Below, piece by piece: positions 55,990 through 64,000 of a stretch of 64,000 nt of DNA. The stretch lies in contig OX597821.1 in assembly GCA_951406725.2 (NCBI GenBank), positions 88,288,001 to 88,352,000 on the forward strand, written 5' to 3'. The translations under genes and the position numbers were made by a program. This DNA comes from Octopus vulgaris. Lineage: Eukaryota. Every line of letters starts with the position of its first letter. Positions within the stretch are counted from its first letter, which is position 1. The notes under the pieces are model-generated. The model ran no database searches. It saw only the letters and a program-made list of their open reading frames with translations, and was not told where the DNA came from.

Positions 55990-56617
55990 AATCAATTGAT
56001 GTAATAATCATGGAAGTATGGAAAACTTGGAATAAGTTGAATCGCTCAAAGAGAGAAGCAGAATTGACTATATACATGTGATGTTATTGATTCCTAATAT
56101 TGGCACGGGGCCACGAAATTAGCTGGGTGGAATGCTGAGGACTAAATCTAACCCATGCACTACTCAATTACTTGGGCTGATATCTATTCCTTTGGGATCT
56201 AAACAAGGAAAGTAAATGGAATAAGGAAAGTGATTAATTTGGACAAACGATCTAAACTGAACAACGAAAGGTAAAAACTGAATCTGAAAGTGTGGATTCA
56301 ACTTAGAAAATATAGAGTCGTAAAATGCTGCTAGGCCTTTGGTCCGCTGTACTATCAGTTCTATATTCCCTTGTGAACATTGCTTGTAACATTAGAATTA
56401 ATTTAAACTTAAGTACAATGACTGGAAATTAGGACGGAGAGTTAGTCGATTGCACTGAAATACAATTCTTTTCGGGAACATTTTTTTTATTGCTTCTGGT
56501 TTGATGGAGAACAATGTTGATATCGGCGAGTTTTGTACTCAAAATGTATAATGTCGTGAATACATGTTAAAGAATTTTCTCCGAAGTCCCAAGATCCTGC
56601 CAATCTAGCTCCAGTTA

Positions 56618-56817
56618 TACTCTTTTACTCTTTTACTTTTTTCAGTCATTTGACTGCGGCCATGCTGGTGTACCGCTTTTAGTCGGGGAAATCGACCCCA
56701 GGATTTATTCTTTGTAAGCCTAGTACCTATTCTATCGGTCTCTTTAGCCGAACCGCTAAGTTACGGGGGACAAAAATACAGACACAGACCGACCGATAGA
56801 CAGACACACGCACACAC

Positions 56818-56887
<70 letters not shown>

Positions 56888-56983
56888 GACAAGCTTCTTT
56901 CATTTTCCACCCACAAGGCAGTGGGACTGAACCCGGAACCATGTGATTGGTAAGCAAGCTACTTATCACACAGCCACTCCTGC
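56618..56983 (-). mobile_element. SINE family 3 with internal deletion
   Basis: Homology to the family. Confidence 0.88.
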
Positions 56984-57419
56984 TGTTATAATAATTATAA
57001 TAATATAAGCTATAATATTTTCTAGCGTAGAAAACTCTGGAGAGGAATTACTTGATTAAATCGAACCAGCATTTCATCTCCGAAAGTATAAAACTAAACT
57101 GATCTCAGCTGCATTTGGACTCAGAATGTAAAGAGCTTTAACTAATTACTGTAAGATATTTGAACCAGCACTCAATCCATTTTGGCGCATTTATAATTCA
57201 TTCTACCATCGAAATAAGGCCTGTAAATTTAGAGGAGGGGGCAAGTCGATGACATCGAACACGGATCTTAACTAATATCTATTTTATCAATCTGAAAGGA
57301 TGAAAAGCAAAGTAATCCTCAACGTAATTAGAGTCAGAGGAAATGCCGCTAAACATTTTGTCCAGCGTGCTAAATATTCTAACAGCTCACAGCCTTAAGG
57401 TGCACTTATAATCCTTTCT

Positions 57420-57715
57420 TATTTGTTCCTTCTCGAGCCACGCCTGGCTCATAAGGGCCGGTTTCCCGGTTTCCTTGGCGTATTGGTTCCCCACCTGGAC
57501 GAGACGCCGGTCCGTCGCAGGTGAGCTGCAAGATGCAGGAGGAAAGAGTGAGAGAAAGTTGTGGCGAAAGAGTCAGCAGAAGTTTCGCCATTAACTTCTG
57601 CCGGAGCCACGTGGAGCTTAGGTGTTTCGCTCATTAACACACACATCTGAGATTCGAACCTGCGATCCCCGACCGCGAGTCCGCTGCCTCTAATCATTAG
57701 GCCATGTGTCTCCAC
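57420..57715 (-). mobile_element. tRNA-derived SINE (family 1)
   Basis: 12-bp target duplication ATAATCCTTTCT at 57408-57419 and 57716-57727; homologous to 2638-2926. Confidence 0.92.
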
Positions 57716-58064
57716 ATAATCCTTTCTGCTATAAGCAAATTAACTAATATTTTAGTGGAGAGGATTAGTGAACCTCGTTGACCCCCAATGCTCAACTGGC
57801 ACTTAATTTACCGACCCCGAAAGGATAAAAGGCAAGGTCGACAACGGCAAGATTTGAACTCAGAACGTAAAGACGGACGAAATACTACTATGCATTTTAT
57901 CCGGTGTGCTAATGATTCTGCTAGCTCGATGCCTGAAAGTGCACTTTCTAAAATAGGCGCAAGGCCTGAAATGGGGGTAGGGGTTAGAAAATAATCGATT
58001 ACATCGACCCAAGTACATAACTGGTACTTATTTCATCGACCCCCGAAAGGATAAAAGGCAAAAT

Positions 58065-58114
<50 letters not shown>

Positions 58115-58139
58115 GAGAGAGAAAGAAAGAGAGAGAGAC

Positions 58140-58182
<43 letters not shown>

Positions 58183-58631
58183 ATCCTAGTTACGGACTGA
58201 TACTTATTTACCCATCTTGAAAGGATTCAAGATGGACTGATGTTTGAAACGTCGGTGCAGAAGCATCATTTGAAGACATTAGAAAGCGACAGATTGCATA
58301 CATGTGAACACGGCATATATGAAGTGATAGATTGTATATAAACAGATAAATAAGGGCCACAAGGATGAAGTGAAACAGAAAATAATGCTGTGGCATAAAC
58401 GATGGGAGTTTTATTGAGATGCTGTGAGTGTAATTAAGCGAATTCAGCAGAGTGTACGACGGTTCAGGTACTGAATTAAGGGAAGTAGATGGTAGTATCA
58501 GAGTGAGCGTTAAATTGCAGAAAGGGCGAAGGATATATATATATATATATATATATATAGGAACCAGGAACCAGCAACCATGTAGTTGGGAAGCAAGCTT
58601 CATGCCATATATATATTTATGTATACTCAAC

Positions 58632-58676
<45 letters not shown>

Positions 58677-58996
58677 AAAACACATACATACAGGGACCAA
58701 CGTATTGCAAGTGCACTGCAACTGTCGTATCACGTGGAGGTGAATATTTCAGCGTATACTATTGCCAGTCAATTAGATTTGGGTTTAAACTGCGTTCAGT
58801 TGCATATGAACTTTGGGCGTAGCTGGTGAGATTGCATGTGGTGTTGAATTTGATGTGTACATCTGTCAGAATACGGAAGCGAGCAAAAACAGAAAGTCAC
58901 AAAGGAATGCAACACAGCAAACGCTAGACTCTCTCTTTTTCTTTCTTTCTTTCTTTATTTAATTATTTCTTCCTTCCTTCCTTTCTTTCTCCCTTC

Positions 58997-59041
<45 letters not shown>

Positions 59042-59080
59042 CTGTTTCTCTCTTTCTTTCTCTCTCTCTCTCTCTCTGTG

Positions 59081-59115
<35 letters not shown>

Positions 59116-59311
59116 ATCTGTATGTCTGCCTCTCTGCCCAACTCTTTCTTTCAGTGTTCTTACTTCCAACCACGGCGATCACAATTAGACATCTCATTAC
59201 CACAGATACATATGTGTGTGTTTGTAGGTGGGTCCGCGCGCGCGTATCAAATATGTATATACTAAGATATGTATATACTATGTATAAACTAAAATACATT
59301 TACTTACATAT

Positions 59312-59400
59312 ATTCTTTTATTCTTTTATTCGTTTCAGTCATTTGACTTTGGCTATGCTGGATCACCGCCTTTAATCGAACATATCGACCCCAGGACTTG

Positions 59401-59461
<61 letters not shown>

Positions 59462-59690
59462 TTTTAGTCTTTTTTATTCTTTTTTATTCTTTTATTTGTT
59501 TCAGTCATTTGACTGTGGCCATGCTGGAGCATCACATTTAGTCGAGCAAATCAACCCCAGGTCTTATTCTTTGTAAACCTAGTACTTATTCTATCGGACT
59601 CTTTTGCCGAACCGCTAATTTACAGGGACGTAGGCACGCCAACATCGGTTGTCAATCGATGGTAGGGCGACAAACACAGACACACAAACA
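59312..59690 (-). mobile_element. SINE family 3, 3' parts (tail present twice)
   Basis: GTTTCAGTCATTTGACT..GCTGGA..CCCCAGG occurs twice around a (TA)n tract. Confidence 0.8.
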
Positions 59691-60023
59691 CACACACACA
59701 TACACACACAAACACACGCATACACACACACACGCACGCACACACATTTACATACACACACACATATATATATATATATGTGCCACCATTAATTTTAATC
59801 TCTCAAAAATACACATCCATGACCGCCTTGTCCCTCTCGCTTAATCCACCTTTGTCTTCTCTTTCACCTTTCTTTGCACAATCCACTCTACGCCTCATAA
59901 TCCATTTAAATCATTTTTTTATCGAGTTCCTCTTTCGCTCTACACAGCATTAAACTCAACTAACTCCTTCATTCTGTCACACCCGATGCCCCTACACCCA
60001 ACCCCTTCCTCCCCAATGCACTC

Positions 60024-60311
60024 CCCCGACACCTTCACACTTCCTCGTCTGACCGAACTCGTTCTCTCCTTCAAAAGCTTCTCGTTCGCGGAGGATTTTT
60101 ACCAAAAGGTCTCGGGAGTGGTCTTGAGAACGAGAATGGGCCCAACTCTGCGAACCTGTTCGTTGACTACGTTGAAACTCAAATATTCTCACAATTCACT
60201 GGTGCCACCCCTGAGCTATACGGTCGTTATATTGATGACTGTATCGGCGCGACTTCATTCTCCCACGAACAACTAGACTCCTTCCTCTCTTTTGTCTAAT
60301 CCTTCCATCCG
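60024..60311 (+). mobile_element. Penelope-like reverse-transcriptase fragment
   Basis: LTELVLSFKSFSFAEDFYQKVSGVVLRTRMGP / ANLFVDYVE..PELYGRYIDDCIG..SFHP (catalytic YIDD region), frameshifted. Confidence 0.88.
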
Positions 60312-62789
60312 TTGTAATGGAACATGTATGGTTGTGTATCAAAAACGTTTGCTACGCAACAACGTGTTTTACGTTTCAATCTCACTGACGTGCTCTCGGA
60401 CAAGTGCTTTCTATCAAAAGCATAGATAAATTAAAAGCATTGTGATTTAAGTTTTTAGGAGTAGGAGTTATCGAATGGACCATCTCTGTTGTTGGACTTT
60501 TGACTTTAGCTGTCATCAGGTTTAACACCAACATTGCCTTTATCTGATTCTTTAACTGTGGGTCACTCTGATGCAGGGGTTAATTTTCTCTCACTAGTCC
60601 TGGAGACACTAAAAGTACTTCTGTGCACTACCATTCTTCTTTCGAATAAGTCATAACAGCATTTTAATTATAAGTCTGCAGAAGCTCAAAAATATTTTGG
60701 GTGAGGGGCATGGTCAATTCAAAAAGGCTATTGTCTCCTTCGATTTTATCTCCTTGACAACGTGAAATTGAAATTCAACCTCAACTGAGGATGCAGGAGA
60801 AAACTCTTACTCGAAGATCTGCACATTGGTATCGAACCTAAATTTAGTAGTAACGTGGTGAACAAATTTACACGAATAGCCATAACTGCAACTGTGCAGA
60901 TGGATAGCGGAAGATTTTCGCTTGCATTACTCTGTTTCGGTTGTGTTTGTCTCCGAGGTTTGTAATTGATATGAAAAGCATAACGCCTCTGCTTCTGTAC
61001 AGAATAATGGTATGACATGATATTGTGCTGCTCAAACAATGTTTGTTGGTCCAATTTAATTTACGTAACAAATTTACTGATGGAAACTTTGATACAAGAG
61101 ATACATAAACAATATTATACTGGTTTATTCATAACTATTTTCAAATATGGAGATATAGTGTTATCAATTCCGATAATCATAATAGTCATAATGTACTAAA
61201 TTTATTTAAAAACAAAAACAATCCGTAAGAACTGTCGAACCATTACTGTTGTGATTTTGTAGTTATAAATCAGCTCCGATCTAGGAAATATATAATACAA
61301 ACATTAATCTCTGAACCGCACCGTGTGGGTAGGTGCGTATGTTTGCGTGGAATAGTGTGCATACATGTATATACATGTCTCTATGATGTGTGTATACACA
61401 TATATATATCTACATTTATATGTATATACCTATATCTATCTTTTTGTTTGTGTGTTTATATAATATAACTCTCATGCTTTCCTTCCTTCATGTTTCTGAT
61501 TCGAGTTGATGTTATGGGAAAAGTTCATTCCTGCCGCTAAGACATTGGTCTCGATGCCAATTCTAAGCGTTTCTCCCCGATTCATTTTCCTCTTTTACTA
61601 CGTTTTCACTAAACGCCTTCTTCTCCTACATAATTGCACTCTTCAGAACGCCCCACCCTCTGTTGTGGTCGATTGCCCCTGTGAAATGCCGCTTGAAAAG
61701 CTCACTTATGTAATCTGTAGTCTTTTAGACCGAAAAGACAAACGGCCATGTTGATCAAGCTATGATTAGAACTCAGATCACGAAAAAACTACCGAGAAGC
61801 AATCTATCCAAGTCTGTAGGGACTCTGATAATTCGCATTAAACACCCTCCCCGCAAAATGCACAAAGAACAAAGAGAGCATGCATACACCTACGCCTTTG
61901 CACGCACGCACTCACTCACACTGGCACACACACACACGCAGATACACACACACACACATACATACACAAACATACGCACACACACGCTCACTCCGTGTTT
62001 CTTGTATCTGTTACGTATGTACGTGTTAGATATGTGAGGTATGTCTTGGCATGAAGATGTCTGGCCGTGAACATATGTTTTTGTTTGCATGTTCAAGAGT
62101 GTACATTAGGTGCATGGATGTGAAGCGGGTGGTTGTTTGAGTGCACATAAATCCTCAAAGCGCAGCTTCAACTTTCCCATGCAGCATCTGCACTGAACGA
62201 ATCCTTATAAAATTAGGTTTTCTGCTGTTTGCATATAACTATATATCTGTCAATCTTTGTCTCTAACTCTGTCTCTGTCTGTGTGTCTGTTTCTCTGTAC
62301 ACACGCACAAACACACACACACCACACACACACACAAACACACAAGCACAAACACACACACATGTATATATGTGCATGTATAGAAAATTATGTTATTCAA
62401 TGTACAAAATATAAAGATAAGAATTACTAATAGTTTCTTGCTATGAAGACATGTGGCTTGTATCCAAGCAACCGTAAGGCTCTAAGTACACGTTCTATTT
62501 TATTTGACAATAAGGGTGCTGGTACATGAGAAACCACGAGTAAAAACGAGAAGAAGGTTGATGGAAAAAGCTTATGGTTGAATAAAAACAGAGAAAAGAA
62601 AGGGAAAGACTCGGAGTGTAAAGATTGCTTGGAGACACTAGATGCCCAGCCATATAGAGATGCAAAAACCTGCTTAGCTATCTGTCTTCATAGCAACAAC
62701 TTGTTCATAGCTCTCACTGGATAGAGTATTTTTTTATTTGTTGGTCTTACCTTAAAGGAACAGCAGTACATATGTAATGTAACCGCACA

Positions 62790-62976
62790 TGAATTGTTGG
62801 CCATTTTCCCTTTTTCTTCCTGCTTTCGCTTTGGACTTCTCTCTTTCCGACGAAGAGCTATGCTCGAAACGTTAACAACTTCCTCCTTTCACCGCGCGTC
62901 AAATTAATATATTTCTTGTGCACGTCCTTACGGTCATATTTTTCTTTTTTTATTATGGTTTTTAATTGTTTGTTCT

Positions 62977-62978
<2 letters not shown>
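62790..62978 (+). mobile_element. PLE-type terminal element (family A relative) with hammerhead-like motif at 62844-62876
   Basis: CCGACGA-A-GAGC-tat-GCTC-GAAAC-GTT. Confidence 0.6.
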
Positions 62979-63008
<30 letters not shown>

Positions 63009-63342
63009 TGTATGTATGTATGTATGTATGTATGTATGTATGTATGTATGTATGTATGTATGTATGTATGTATGTATGGATGGATGGATGGATGGATGTA
63101 TGTGTGTGTGTATGTATGTATGTAAGTATGTATGTATGCATGTATGTATGTATGCATGTATGTATGTATGTATGTATGTATGCATGTATGTATGTATGCA
63201 TGTATGCATGTATGCATGTATGTATGTATGTATTTATGTATGCATGTATGTATGTATGTATGTATGTATGTATGTATGTATGTATGTATGTATGTATGTG
63301 TGTGTGTGTGTACGTATGTATGTGTGTGCATGTATGTATGTA

Positions 63343-63593
63343 TAGTAATCCCTCGACTATCGCAGGGGTTATGTTACCAAACCCCGCGCAATAGGTGAAA
63401 ATCCGCGAAGTAGAAGCAATACTGTACCGAATATTATATTTTTATTTTTATAATTTGTATATATATTTATTTTATCATAAATGCAAAACAACAACACGGA
63501 GGAATCGACGTAAGCTTAAATAATAAACAGTGATAGGAAAACCGTGATAGGTGAACCGTGATAGGTGTACCGCGATATGGCGAGGGATTACTA
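63343..63593. mobile_element. Tc1/mariner/pogo-type MITE (about 250 bp)
   Basis: TA-TAGTAATCCCTCG..ATCGC at one end and GCGAT..CGAGGGATTACTA-TA at the other; subterminal repeats ACCG(T/C)GATA. Confidence 0.85.
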
Positions 63594-64000
63594 TATGTAT
63601 ATATATATATATCTTAATTGTTTTGCACTGAGCATATCGCACCAGCCTACTTTGAAGGTTTTAGTGATATCAACCTCATTAGTACTTACTTCACTCTTTA
63701 TACTAATTTCATCGAACCTCTCTGCTGATGTACTAATTCTTGTACATTAAGTAAAACATAAACACGGAAGATGTGACACAAGCACACAAAGATACTCATC
63801 AACACAATTGGGTATTTATGGTGCTGAACTATGATTCGTGAGTAATTTAGCTGCTATTTTTTTTTTCAAATTGTACAGCTACGTAATTTCATCCGGATCA
63901 ACTAACTCTTTGAATAGCTACCCGCGATACTAGAGGGCGCACACTCTCCTACCATGATGTAATCTCCAGGGATACAGGCAGCCAGCAACAGGACCTCTGT

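Larger units (their letters stand above)
56090..58065 (-). mobile_element. Cluster of old SINE family 4 copies interleaved with younger SINEs
   Basis: Recurring ..TCGAC..GAAAGGAT(G/A)AAA..TTTGAACTCAGAA..AAATGC..CCGGTGTGCTAA motifs. Confidence 0.65.

Overview
This is a eukaryotic, AT-rich window saturated with microsatellites. The tRNA-derived SINE families and the repeat landscape look like an octopus (coleoid cephalopod) genome; this is an inference and was not checked against a database. I see no intact host protein-coding gene, and almost every ORF in the supplied track is a microsatellite artefact. Recognisable content: about 25 tRNA-derived SINE copies from 4 families (one amplified into a 184-bp tandem array), three Tc1/mariner relics plus MITEs, an R4/Dong LINE relic on a (TAA)n tract, a CR1-type 3' end, and several Penelope-like element (PLE) relics with RT and GIY-YIG fragments. 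The most notable signal is about a dozen minimal type-I hammerhead-ribozyme (HHR) folds at PLE-type termini, many next to (TA)n. They include one with a canonical core (29282-29327), one with a long stem II (26699-26788), and family-fixed core variants (U4C, A6U, A9C). A G3:C8 compensatory swap occurs twice inside a spacer-less 282-bp palindrome (17481-17762). A chain of well-formed minus-strand splice sites suggests a spliced non-coding RNA or long 5'UTR crossing the window (low confidence). Coordinates were read by eye, and repeat boundaries may be off by a few bases.
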